Positions 1-7,867 of a DNA stretch of 33,903 nucleotides are shown piece after piece. Within the stretch, counting starts at the first letter, position 1, and each line of letters starts with the position of its first letter. The notes under the pieces were generated by a model, which was given only the letters and a program-made list of their open reading frames with translations, was not told where the DNA came from and searched no databases. Location of the stretch: positions 1-33,903 of IMG/VR virus record IMGVR_UViG_3300032277_000042. The stretch is one strand, 5' to 3'. The DNA is from a virus. Lineage: Duplodnaviria > Caudoviricetes. The position numbers and the translations under genes are program-made.

Positions 1-24
1 GTAGGTGCCTTTTCCGCTGGGCAT
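1..24 (-). CDS. 5' fragment of a small protein (MPSGKGTY...), truncated by the window edge
   Basis: ATG at 24-22 with GGAG Shine-Dalgarno at 35-32, downstream of a promoter-like element; not in the ORF track. Confidence 0.55.
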
Positions 25-55
25 GGCTCGTCTCCGCAAAAATAAATTCCACAAA

Positions 56-105
56 ATATTACCATATGTTGTGTATGAGGGCTATTTTTGGCGTAGATGT
101 TGTGT
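56..105 (-). promoter_or_regulatory. sigma70-like promoter with tandem NrdR-box-like palindromes
   Basis: Minus strand TAGCCC-N17-TAATAT (84-79, 61-56) with extended -10 TG; boxes TTACCATATGTTGTGT (59-74) and GGCGTAGATGTTGTGT (90-105), 31 bp apart. Confidence 0.6.
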
Positions 106-115
106 TAAACGGTGC

Positions 116-185
116 GTGACGGCGGTTTTCACTTCAACGCTCTACCTGCGCTCGACGTGTCTCACACTCCCCTGGCCGCCGTCAC
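116..185 (-). other. Candidate structured RNA element downstream of terL
   Basis: Perfect 10 bp inverted repeat GTGACGGCGG (116-125) / CCGCCGTCAC (176-185) enclosing two small possible hairpins. Confidence 0.35.
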
Positions 186-195
186 TTCATTTATT

Positions 196-1611
196 TTAAG
201 CCACACCCTGCAGATTACGACGTATGGCCCCTCTCCAACGCGAGATGGGGCCAGAAATCATCGTGGCAGCGTCAGAGCTAAAAATTAAACAAATGGCATC
301 GCCAAGATCGGGCGAGGGCAGGCCGCGCTTGCGCATGCTATCCTTGCTCTCCGCCTGTAATTTCCCAGATGAACTAAAACTATACCGAATGCCCGTCAGA
401 TCGGCCAACAGCTCGTCGTTCTGCGGCAAGCGGCAAGAGCGCTCTTCAAGATAAGCTTTCGCCTTAAACCAAAGCTCAGTGCGCAGGTTGTTGTACGTGC
501 CCTTCATAGACGGCGCTTCGGCCACGTTAATGCCGCGCACGGGCACGCCCAGCTCCGACAGGCGGTCCACAATGCCGCCGCCCAGCCCAATGCTGTCCAC
601 CAGAATTTCGCAGGGGCGGCGGGACGGCTCAAGCGCATCCCACTCCGCCATAATGCGCCCCGTGGTCTGCATTAAATCCAAGCCGCGCCAAGATGTAATC
701 TCGGTAATCACGTTGCCCTGCCGTTTCACAAAGGCTGTTTTGTCAGACCCAAATCGAGCGGGGTCACAAGCCCAGTAAATGCGCGCGTTGGGATCAACCT
801 CAACGTCGCGGTGCATGGCACTGTGAACTAAGTCATATCCGATAATCGTGTCAGAGTCCGCCTTAGCGAAATCACCCAGCACGCGGATTGAATAAGCGGC
901 GGACTCCTCGCCGTAGCGCTCTTTCATCTCCTCAATGAACTGGTCGCTCACCAAGGGGCTGTCCAAGCACGACCAGCGGCGGGTCCACCACTTGTGCGCC
1001 ATCCTAGTCTGGCTTTCGTAAAACGTGCCGGACGACCTGGTCGGATTGGAGAGCAACACAGTTTGCGTATTCTTACCCGACATAGATCCGGCGGCTGCCT
1101 CATACACAGCCTCGTCTATGGCACTCGCCTCGTCACAAATCAAGAGTACCACGCCGCTCTCCTGGTGTATCCCAGCGAGCGCCTCCGGCGTTTCCTTGCG
1201 CGACGTGCGCGCCGAAATAAACGCCTCGGACGGGGCGGCAATCAGTTCCACACGGTCAGATTTAACGTTTAACAATTCGCGCAGGGGTGGCGGTAACTCA
1301 TTGATCCACTTGCGTAATTCGTTGTAAAGCGCGTCAAACAACTGGCCCGACGTGGGCGCAGTCACAATGATTTTACACGGGAAACGCATGAGCAACGTGT
1401 GCAGCATGGCCCAGCTCGCGGTGGTGGATTTGCCCGTGCCGTGACCAGATCTGACGCTCAACATGCGCTCGCCACGGCAAATTGCTTCGAGAAACTCAGC
1501 CTGATAATCCAACGGGGTAATGCCAAGCACCTCAGTGACAAACCGGGTGGGCTGGTCGTGGTACGTTCTGACAAAATCCAGCATGGCGTTGGGCGCAGGT
1601 TCACTCGTCAC
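196..1611 (-). CDS. terL: Terminase large subunit
   Basis: Walker A SGHGTGKS, Walker B LLICDEA, motif III SNPT, RNase H-like nuclease (ACDPARFGSD, SPDLGDA); start placed at GTG 1611 overlapping the terS end (ORF track start 1650). Confidence 0.95.
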   Translation of the reverse strand: MTSEPAPNAMLDFVRTYHDQPTRFVTEVLGITPLDYQAEFLEAICRGERMLSVRSGHGTGKSTTASWAMLHTLLMRFPCKIIVTAPTSGQLFDALYNELRKWINELPPPLRELLNVKSDRVELIAAPSEAFISARTSRKETPEALAGIHQESGVVLLICDEASAIDEAVYEAAAGSMSGKNTQTVLLSNPTRSSGTFYESQTRMAHKWWTRRWSCLDSPLVSDQFIEEMKERYGEESAAYSIRVLGDFAKADSDTIIGYDLVHSAMHRDVEVDPNARIYWACDPARFGSDKTAFVKRQGNVITEITSWRGLDLMQTTGRIMAEWDALEPSRRPCEILVDSIGLGGGIVDRLSELGVPVRGINVAEAPSMKGTYNNLRTELWFKAKAYLEERSCRLPQNDELLADLTGIRYSFSSSGKLQAESKDSMRKRGLPSPDLGDAICLIFSSDAATMISGPISRWRGAIRRNLQGVA

Positions 1612-2119
1612 GCGAAAGCCCCACAGCGGTGGGCGTGGTCTGGATCTCATGCACGGTTTTCATCTTGCGCAGCGCATCCAAATGCATCTCGCCAAGATTA
1701 AGCGTAACGTTGGTCTGGCCGCCCTTGTTGGCGTAACGCTGCGACCAGGCCTCCGCGATAAACTTATGCTGCGCGATTTCCTCGCGGGCAATGCTCACGT
1801 CAACTTGGCCAATCTCAGCGGCGCGGGTGCCGGGCGCAGCCGTGGCGCGCTCCGCCTTGCGCTCATCGCGCAGCTCACGGATAATCTCAAACCCCAGCTC
1901 GGCATGCGTGTCAGCGGCAGTCTCGCGCACCTCGTCCAACACGCCAGCATAGGCCGGCATCTTCATCAGGTTGCGCCGAAGAAAGCCGCGCTCAACGCCA
2001 AGCTCGCGCCCAAGCCCGGCAATAGTGCCGCCGCCAAGCAAATGGTCGCGCAGGGCGTCAGGGCCGCCTCGGTCAGTCAGGGCTTTAATAAGGGCGCGTT
2101 TGCGGGGCTGACCTGGCAC
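1601..2119 (-). CDS. terS: Putative terminase small subunit
   Basis: Immediately upstream of and overlapping terL; N-terminal HTH-like segment (TIAGLGRELGVERGFL), helical core, C-terminal TNVTLNLGEMHLDALRK tail. Confidence 0.7.
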   Translation of the reverse strand: MPGQPRKRALIKALTDRGGPDALRDHLLGGGTIAGLGRELGVERGFLRRNLMKMPAYAGVLDEVRETAADTHAELGFEIIRELRDERKAERATAAPGTRAAEIGQVDVSIAREEIAQHKFIAEAWSQRYANKGGQTNVTLNLGEMHLDALRKMKTVHEIQTTPTAVGLSRDE

Positions 2120-2190
2120 GGCAGGGAGATCTCCAGTGATTTGCCCCGCAAAATATCACGGGGGTTGTGCAGGGGCAAATTTGGCTGTGC

Positions 2191-2499
2191 GGGGGGGTGA
2201 GGGCTGCTACATCTGCTACATCTGCTACGCGGGGGGCTTCATGTTTAATTCGGCTGAATTAAATATGATTGACGTTGTGCGGGTCGTTCTTGGTTAAAAA
2301 AAAGAAAAAATCGAGGCGGTGCGGGCTTTCGCTTGCCCTGCATAGGTGGGGGGGGTATGCTTGAGCGTGTGCAATTTGATAGCCCCGGTCGCGAACTCGC
2401 GCCGGGGCTTTCTTTGTCTCGCATAAGGGATTTTGAAGCGGTGCGCGTGTCGGGGTATACCAGCACCCGCCCCCCGCCGGCTACCGGGATGGGGGGGGG
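2191..2499. repeat. G/C-tract-rich non-coding region with a 9 bp tandem repeat and a palindrome
   Basis: G7 2191-2197, CTGCTACAT x~2.8 at 2204-2228, G6 2231-2236, TTTAATTC-GGCT-GAATTAAA 2244-2263, G8 2348-2355, G9 2491-2499. Confidence 0.7.
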
Positions 2500-2520
2500 T
2501 ATTTGCATAATCTGGCAGGT

Positions 2521-2548
2521 TATTCGCATAATCGTGATTATGTTAAAA
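2521..2548 (+). other. dif: XerCD dif-like recombination site
   Basis: TATTCGCATAA-TCGTGA-TTATGTTAAAA versus E. coli dif GGTGCGCATAA-TGTATA-TTATGTTAAAT; 11-6-11 architecture, XerD arm 10/11 identical. Confidence 0.8.
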
Positions 2549-2552
2549 AAAG

Positions 2553-2617
2553 CGTCCATATATTGTACCCATGTCGGCCCAAGGTACGACATGTAGATTT
2601 GGCACAATATGTGGTGT
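2553..2617. promoter_or_regulatory. Cluster of three NrdR-box-like palindromes
   Basis: CGTCCATATATTGTAC (2553-2568), GTACGACATGTAGATT (2584-2599, 31 bp later), GCACAATATGTGGTGT (2602-2617). Confidence 0.55.
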
Positions 2618-2769
2618 TTTTGGGGTGCAAAAAGCGGACCATTATATAGCTCAGGCGCGCGCGGCTGACGCCGTTCCGGTGTGTGTCGCCACGCCCCTGT
2701 CTAGGATGCCCCTCAGAGGCCGCTGAGAGGCCGCACAGAGGCCCATCTCTGACCATTGCCTAGTAACCC

Positions 2770-3045
2770 CTAGTCAGGCCAATCGTCGGCCTCTAATGCG
2801 ACCGCAATTGCAAGGTAGTTTATCTGATCAACTGCGCTGTCTCGGCCCAGTGAATCACCGAGGTCAACGCGCGCCGCTTTTATCTCTGCCAGGCACCGCG
2901 CAACCTGCACCGCCGTGACTTGCTTGCCCAGCACCAGCGACCAGCGCGTGGCGATGTTTGTGTGCAACGGCAGTGCCGAGCCATAGGTTGCCTCTCGGTC
3001 CTCCAAGATGCCCTGCGCTATGTCGAACGTTTTGCTATATTTCAT
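2770..3045 (-). CDS. DUF6378-like phage protein
   Basis: Pattern R..TYG....H..IA..WS..LG......QVA.CL...K.AR........DS.VD...Y typical of this family. Confidence 0.75.
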   Translation of the reverse strand: MKYSKTFDIAQGILEDREATYGSALPLHTNIATRWSLVLGKQVTAVQVARCLAEIKAARVDLGDSLGRDSAVDQINYLAIAVALEADDWPD

Positions 3046-3388
3046 CGCCGTGTATTACTCCATACAATGTTTCGCCGCGCTCGTTGAGCCTTGGCATTGC
3101 GCGGACAAACCCGCGTGTGATGAGCGCCGCCACGTAAATCAGGCTCATCTTTGGGTGCAGATCCAATCCGCCCGTAATATCCCAGTGTGTTGCCGTGCCT
3201 TTATCTCGGATGAACCGCAGCACGGCATGGTGATGCCGCGATAACTTGGGCACGCTTCTGTCGTTCCTGTCAGCCGGGCAGGGCGCGCGCCTGCCGAGCT
3301 GCACTTGCTTGCGCTCGTAGGCAAGCATGGCCGCGCCAAGGTTATGCTCCTGCTCACTCGTCAAGCGGCGTGGCCCTGTATCGCGCAC
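3035..3388 (-). CDS. Hypothetical protein, possible C-terminal winged helix
   Basis: Overlaps both neighbours in a co-oriented operon; LSRHHHAVLRFIRDKG...LITRGFV pattern. Confidence 0.55.
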   Translation of the reverse strand: MRDTGPRRLTSEQEHNLGAAMLAYERKQVQLGRRAPCPADRNDRSVPKLSRHHHAVLRFIRDKGTATHWDITGGLDLHPKMSLIYVAALITRGFVRAMPRLNERGETLYGVIHGDEI

Positions 3389-3722
3389 GAATGCCGGTCA
3401 CCCTTGATTTCTCAACGTGCCCGTGTTGGCAGCATATGCGCAGCCGGTAGCCCGTTTGCCGCGTTGTGCAACCCGCCGCCTCCTTAACCTCGCGCGGCAG
3501 CATGTACCCGCCGTGCTTGCGCAGAATGTCCACGATGAACCAATCCACCGACGTCATGTCGTTGCGCCGGACCAGCGCCTTGGGTGAGTGCAGCGCTGGG
3601 TATTCCTTGTGATACCGAGCCAAATCGATCTGCGCTTGCCGCGCCAGGCGCTTGCCGTACTGGCGCTCCGTAAGTCCGACCCGCACGCCGTCAATGATAA
3701 ACGGAAAGACGTGTTCATCCAT
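3354..3722 (-). CDS. Hypothetical protein, possible winged-helix DNA-binding domain
   Basis: Coupled start; IVDILRKHGGYMLPREVKEAAG...GHVEK pattern. Confidence 0.6.
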   Translation of the reverse strand: MDEHVFPFIIDGVRVGLTERQYGKRLARQAQIDLARYHKEYPALHSPKALVRRNDMTSVDWFIVDILRKHGGYMLPREVKEAAGCTTRQTGYRLRICCQHGHVEKSRVTGIRARYRATPLDE

Positions 3723-4026
3723 TGGCGCGCTCCAACTCGTATTTGCGCGCCTTCATCATGTTGCGCTGTTCGGCGCTCCAACGCGGCAAGTCTGTATTCA
3801 GCACAGTGCGACGATGCCACAGCCCAGCCAGTTCCGGCAGCGTGTGATATTCTTTCAGCATAAGTAAAAAATCATCATTATGTAATTCTGCGTAATCCGC
3901 CGCAAGCCAAGCGGGACACCGGGACACCCCTATAGGGGTGTGTCCCGTCCTGTCCCGCCTTGTCTGGCCTTGCCATTTTGTCGGGACAGAGTGTCCCGCT
4001 TGTTGTCCCGCTATGTCCCGCTTCAT
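3715..4026 (-). CDS. Hypothetical protein; 5' half overlaps the origin-like repeats
   Basis: ATGA overlap with the primase-helicase stop; C-terminal half looks protein-like, true start uncertain. Confidence 0.5.
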   Translation of the reverse strand: MKRDIAGQQAGHSVPTKWQGQTRRDRTGHTPIGVSRCPAWLAADYAELHNDDFLLMLKEYHTLPELAGLWHRRTVLNTDLPRWSAEQRNMMKARKYELERANG

Positions 4027-4181
4027 GCCGAATCCTCGTTAACCATTGATATTACGCCATTTTCCTGCCGGACAAGCCCATCCTCGATTGTCCCGTTCAT
4101 GTCCCGGTTAAACTTTCGCTTGGTGGAATCGCGGTTTCCCGTATCAAAGCGGGACATGTACGTTTTTCGCAGTATGTCCCG
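3912..4181. repeat. Putative replication origin: TGTCCCG/CGGGACA iterons around an 18 bp palindrome
   Basis: 12 heptamer copies counted (3912, 3920, 3941, 3951, 3982, 3992, 4004, 4014, 4089, 4100, 4150, 4175); palindrome ACACCCCTATAGGGGTGT 3924-3941. Confidence 0.7.
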
Positions 4182-5891
4182 CTCTATTTCGCCATTTATG
4201 GCCAATTCTTCTATCAAATTGATAATCTTTCGCGTCCCTGCGCTCATCCCTGCAGCGCCTTGACCCGGCATATCTGCCGTAAATTCCAGCACGATTGAAC
4301 TGACGTGTTCCATGTCGGACGTCATCATCTCGATGGGCAACTTGACGAACGCCTTTGGCGCCGGCATTGCGTCCTCTTTTTGTTTGGTGAACGTCATCGT
4401 CACCAAGTTGTCCTCCACGGCATCAATGCGGAACTCGTGGTCGAGCGCTGCGTTAATCTGCGACGCCCCACGCGCCCGTTCTTTGCTTTGGTGGCCGCTG
4501 TGATGCACGAGCATGACCGTGCATCCGTATTCCTCTTTGATGCTGTCGCACGCCACGATGAACTCGTTGACGTCTTTGCCGTCGTTCTCTGACGCACCGC
4601 CGAGCGACCTTGCCAGCGTGTCAATCACGAGCAACCTTGGCTTGCCCGCCACCTCAACCAGCGTCGCTATTTCGGACTTCAGCACGTCCACCGCATCCGG
4701 GTCAGACATAATTACGGCTCGGTTCGACAGATAAAACTGCGCCTGACCTTTGCCGACCTCGTTGTGCTTTTGCCAAGCTGCCGCGCGGCGGCTCATCCCG
4801 GATAGCCCCTCTCCGGCTATGTAGAACACGCTACCTTGCTGCACGCTGTGCCCGTGGTACGGCGTGCCGCTTGCGATACACAGCGCCATATCCAGCACGG
4901 CAAAGCTTTTGCCGCTCCCTGCAGATCCGAAGCACATGGCCAGAGTGCTGACCTCAATTAGCCCGTCGATGAGCCATTCCGGCTGCCGTATGACCAGATC
5001 GTCCAAGTGGGTGAATAACCTGCGCGGCGTGGTTAGCCTATGCTCGGCTAATCCCGCTTTTACCGCGCTTAGTCCCGCTGATGCGTGAACGTCGTTCCAA
5101 TCCGCACCTGGCAGCGCTGGCACGGCGAATGGCTTGCCGGTGGCTCTAGCTGCGGCCAGACCTTTTTCGTCGTTGTCGGCGGCAATACGTAGGCGCGCCT
5201 CCGGCCATTCCGCCTCAATGGCGTTGCACACCGTACTCATGTTTCCCGCGTCTAGTGCAAATATAACTGGGCGGGACGTTGCCATATGCACCGAGCAGGC
5301 CGTGGCCCACCCTTCCGCAACCCATATGGCCCCGCCTCTCGTTAAACCTTTTCCAACCACGCCGAACACGCCGCCGTCCTTGGATAAACCTGGGTTAAAT
5401 CTCTTTTGCCCGTTCGGCGTTATGCGCTGCCACCCAACCCGGTCGCGCGCCGTGTTAAACAATGGTATAACCACGTCCAACCCGTCGAGCCGCGCGCCCA
5501 GTAGCTCAACGCCTTTGCGGATGTAATACGGCTCAAACGGATCTGGCGCGGGATCTGGCGGGGCAGGCGGGGCCACTGCAAGCGCGGCCCCGTTTAGCTC
5601 TGATGCAAACGGGTTGATTTTCACCACGTTTGATTTGATTGGCCCCAGATCGGGCCATACCCCGTCCGCCGCCAGCGCTTTGATTATCGCTTGGAAATCC
5701 TCGCATTGGCGGCAATGCACTTTGACCAGGCCGTCGCGCTCTGAAATCCAGAACCGCGTACTGGGCGTGTCGTTATACCCGCAGTGCGGGCACGGCCCGT
5801 GCCACTCGCCTTTCGGCCCTTCGCGCAGGTCGTAGCGCTCGATTATCAAGTGGGACCATTCGGCCCAGTATGGCTGCGCGAAATCAGCCAT
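4023..5891 (-). CDS. Primase-helicase (Zn finger, TOPRIM, RecA-like AAA_25 helicase)
   Basis: CPHC...CRQC zinc finger; TOPRIM VAEGWATA, IAADND, DWND; Walker A GSAGSGKS, Walker B LLVIDT, LVHHSG, RGAS; start at ATG 5891 overlapping the upstream stop. Confidence 0.93.
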   Translation of the reverse strand: MADFAQPYWAEWSHLIIERYDLREGPKGEWHGPCPHCGYNDTPSTRFWISERDGLVKVHCRQCEDFQAIIKALAADGVWPDLGPIKSNVVKINPFASELNGAALAVAPPAPPDPAPDPFEPYYIRKGVELLGARLDGLDVVIPLFNTARDRVGWQRITPNGQKRFNPGLSKDGGVFGVVGKGLTRGGAIWVAEGWATACSVHMATSRPVIFALDAGNMSTVCNAIEAEWPEARLRIAADNDEKGLAAARATGKPFAVPALPGADWNDVHASAGLSAVKAGLAEHRLTTPRRLFTHLDDLVIRQPEWLIDGLIEVSTLAMCFGSAGSGKSFAVLDMALCIASGTPYHGHSVQQGSVFYIAGEGLSGMSRRAAAWQKHNEVGKGQAQFYLSNRAVIMSDPDAVDVLKSEIATLVEVAGKPRLLVIDTLARSLGGASENDGKDVNEFIVACDSIKEEYGCTVMLVHHSGHQSKERARGASQINAALDHEFRIDAVEDNLVTMTFTKQKEDAMPAPKAFVKLPIEMMTSDMEHVSSIVLEFTADMPGQGAAGMSAGTRKIINLIEELAINGEIERDILRKTYMSRFDTGNRDSTKRKFNRDMNGTIEDGLVRQENGVISMVNEDSA

Positions 5892-6138
5892 TCTGGCTAT
5901 CAATAAAAGCGCGGTAATGAATTTTGACGTCTTTTACGCCGTGGCCCACAAATTCGCCGCAGTAATCGTAAGACAAGACTGTTGGCCACTCCCATCTGTC
6001 TGCAAGATGACCCCATTCAAGCGCCTCTCGCGGCGGGTAGCGCTGGCAAGTGCCATAATGGTCGCGCTTATGCACCCAAAACTTACACTCTACACAGCTC
6101 ACGCGCGTGCAAGGGCGAAACGTTCTGTTCTTCGTCAT
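5884..6138 (-). CDS. Small Cys-rich hypothetical protein
   Basis: CVECKFW...GTCQRYPP...WP.V...DYCGEF, likely metal binding; AAAGGGG RBS. Confidence 0.75.
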   Translation of the reverse strand: MTKNRTFRPCTRVSCVECKFWVHKRDHYGTCQRYPPREALEWGHLADRWEWPTVLSYDYCGEFVGHGVKDVKIHYRAFIDSQNG

Positions 6139-6164
6139 GCTAGTCCCCTTTTATTTCTCTGCCA

Positions 6165-6192
6165 AAATGGGACGCCCCAACCGGGGCGCTCT
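6165..6192 (-). terminator. Putative intrinsic terminator after SSB
   Basis: Minus strand GCGCCCC-GGTT-GGGGCGT stem followed by CCCATTTT. Confidence 0.5.
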
Positions 6193-6200
6193 GTTGTCCG

Positions 6201-6842
6201 TTAAAACGGGATCTCATCATCCAGGTCGCGCTGCAGGGGCGGCGCTTCTGCCGCTTGCGGGGCTGACGCGGCTCCCGCGGGCGTGGTTTGATTTGGCAGC
6301 CCAAACGGGTTTGACGTTACGGCATCTGCGGCAAACGGGTTGCCCCCACCACCGCCGGTGCTGGCCTCTGCTAGATTGATTACCATAATATCGAGGGGGC
6401 GCATTGCCACGCCGGCTCTGCCGCCCATGTTCCACGCATACATAGCTAATGAAACGTGTATCGTGCTGCCTGACGTAAGCTGAAAATCAGGCGCAGCCGC
6501 ACCGCCGTCTGGCATCCACTGGCGCGGCTTTGAGCCGGGATCGCCATATGTTTTTTTCTTGAGCTTGGCGAGGTAATGGCCCGTTTCATCCTTTTTAAAC
6601 ACGTCGGCCAACGACTGCGGTGCCCAGTCTGACCATCCGGCCTGTTTACCTGCCTCGTACGTCTTGCGCATATCGCCGGCTAAATCCTTGGCTTGATCTT
6701 CCGTCAGCACGAGCGTGACCTCGTATGACCCGTCCGGGTCCGTCGCCTCGGTGGCCACGCTGCGATTTTCGCCAGCGCTGAATTTGTACGCTTTGTCCAA
6801 GCGGCACCACTGGCACAGCACTGATTTCAGCTTCTTTTCCAT
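6201..6842 (-). CDS. ssb: Single-stranded DNA-binding protein (T7 gp2.5-like)
   Basis: Beta-rich core, Gly/Ala/Pro linker, acidic C-terminal tip DLDDEIPF; TAAGGA RBS; between exonuclease and primase. Confidence 0.8.
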   Translation of the reverse strand: MEKKLKSVLCQWCRLDKAYKFSAGENRSVATEATDPDGSYEVTLVLTEDQAKDLAGDMRKTYEAGKQAGWSDWAPQSLADVFKKDETGHYLAKLKKKTYGDPGSKPRQWMPDGGAAAPDFQLTSGSTIHVSLAMYAWNMGGRAGVAMRPLDIMVINLAEASTGGGGGNPFAADAVTSNPFGLPNQTTPAGAASAPQAAEAPPLQRDLDDEIPF

Positions 6843-6858
6843 AGTCTTTCCTTATGTT

Positions 6859-6872
6859 TGGTGAGTGTAAAT
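6859..6872. promoter_or_regulatory. TGGY-N3-TGTAAAT motif copy upstream of ssb
   Basis: TGGTGAGTGTAAAT, intergenic; similar copies at 9797, 9821, 12020, 15801. Confidence 0.5.
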
Positions 6873-6887
6873 TAAGCGCAGCAAAAA

Positions 6888-7700
6888 TTAGTCTTGCTGC
6901 TCCAACCAAGCCGGCAGGTGCATGACGTTGAACGGCCCCCATCGCGTGGTAAATTCTTGCTTGTCTTTTGCCTCGGCAATTTCCATCAGCGCCGCCTCTA
7001 CAATACGGTCGGCGCGAGCGTTGGCCTCATTGCCGAATGTGTGCAGGTGCGCGCAATACGGGTTGCTCTTTTCAACCGCGAGGAACGCGAAATATCGGAC
7101 GTTCCAACCAGCGAGACGCGCGGCAAGGCGGTAGACTGCGCTTTGCAAATCATACCCAAGGTTAAACGCCGCTCTGGTGAAGCCCTTGGGCGATGCGTCC
7201 TGGCACGTTTTCACGTCGCCCATCACGCCGCTGTGCGCGACCCATATGTCTGGCCTGGCCTTTATGACGAGGCCGCTTGGCTCGTGCTTGACGAATAGCG
7301 ACGCTTCGCAGAGCCGGGCTTTATCGCGCAGGATTTTACCGCATTGCGCGTTATCCATGAGCGACTGCGTCATGGCCTCGCACTCGTCGTAATCACCGGC
7401 GGTGAGCAGCGTTTTGCCAGCGGCCTGCGCGGTGGTATACGCGTCTTTCCATTCTTTGCCGCGCCTTGTTTCAGCGCCACGTATGACGTCGCCGCGCTCC
7501 GGCTCCAGCGCCATTGAATGCACAGCCGTGCCAATGTCCGCCACGCTTTGCGTAAGGCTAAACCCGCCACGCTCGGCGTGCAGGGGCGACCTGTTAATCC
7601 ATTGCTTGATGTAGCTCGATGACACGCAATGCGCGCCCTCCAGCTCTTTGAGCGCATGGTATCGCTCGTTTGGTATGGCGGTGTGTATTCCCAGATCCAC
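6888..7700 (-). CDS. RecE/exonuclease VIII-like PD-(D/E)XK nuclease (DUF3799-like)
   Basis: SSSYIK, GTAVHSMALEP, KARPD, DVKT, GYDLQSAVY, FLAVEK motifs. Confidence 0.88.
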   Translation of the reverse strand: MDLGIHTAIPNERYHALKELEGAHCVSSSYIKQWINRSPLHAERGGFSLTQSVADIGTAVHSMALEPERGDVIRGAETRRGKEWKDAYTTAQAAGKTLLTAGDYDECEAMTQSLMDNAQCGKILRDKARLCEASLFVKHEPSGLVIKARPDIWVAHSGVMGDVKTCQDASPKGFTRAAFNLGYDLQSAVYRLAARLAGWNVRYFAFLAVEKSNPYCAHLHTFGNEANARADRIVEAALMEIAEAKDKQEFTTRWGPFNVMHLPAWLEQQD

Positions 7701-7867
7701 TATATATCCCCCTTGGTTAATTGTCGTTCCAACATCAGCAAAAGCGCCAGTGTGCCCTCGCAGCGTTGTTTGGCGGTCAACCTGACCGGCGGGCGGCCAA
7801 GGTCGTATATGAGCGTCTCCAGGTCGTGCCGGATTAAGTGCAGCGTGCGGTTGACATCTTCATTCAT
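7700..7867 (-). CDS. Hypothetical 55 aa protein (MNEDVNRTLHLIRHDLE...LTKGDI)
   Basis: Read manually; AAGGAG RBS; overlaps the upstream stop and downstream GTG start. Confidence 0.65.
   Translation of the reverse strand: MNEDVNRTLHLIRHDLETLIYDLGRPPVRLTAKQRCEGTLALLLMLERQLTKGDI

Noticed and set aside
116-185. tRNA or hammerhead ribozyme
   Set aside because: No TTCGA T-loop or cloverleaf, and no CUGAnGA core
1520-2200. 226 aa plus-strand ORF and many other long antisense ORFs (e.g. 13688-14266, 21004-21552, 22272-22856)
   Set aside because: Shadows of well-supported minus-strand genes in GC-rich DNA, with no recognisable motifs
2245-2262. TTAA-N10-TTAA as a CtrA site
   Set aside because: CtrA consensus spacing is N7; kept only as a palindrome
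2245-2756. ORFs 2245-2607, 2333-2596 and 2538-2756
   Set aside because: Low-complexity translations of homopolymer tracts overlapping the dif-like and box motifs; region reads as non-coding
3912-4020. Repeat cluster as a CRISPR array
   Set aside because: Repeats are 7 bp, in both orientations, without unique spacers of regular length; no cas genes
7697-7712. CCACTATATATCCCCC as another NrdR-like box
   Set aside because: Only the left half matches, no partner at ~31 bp, and it is explained by the RBS and start codon
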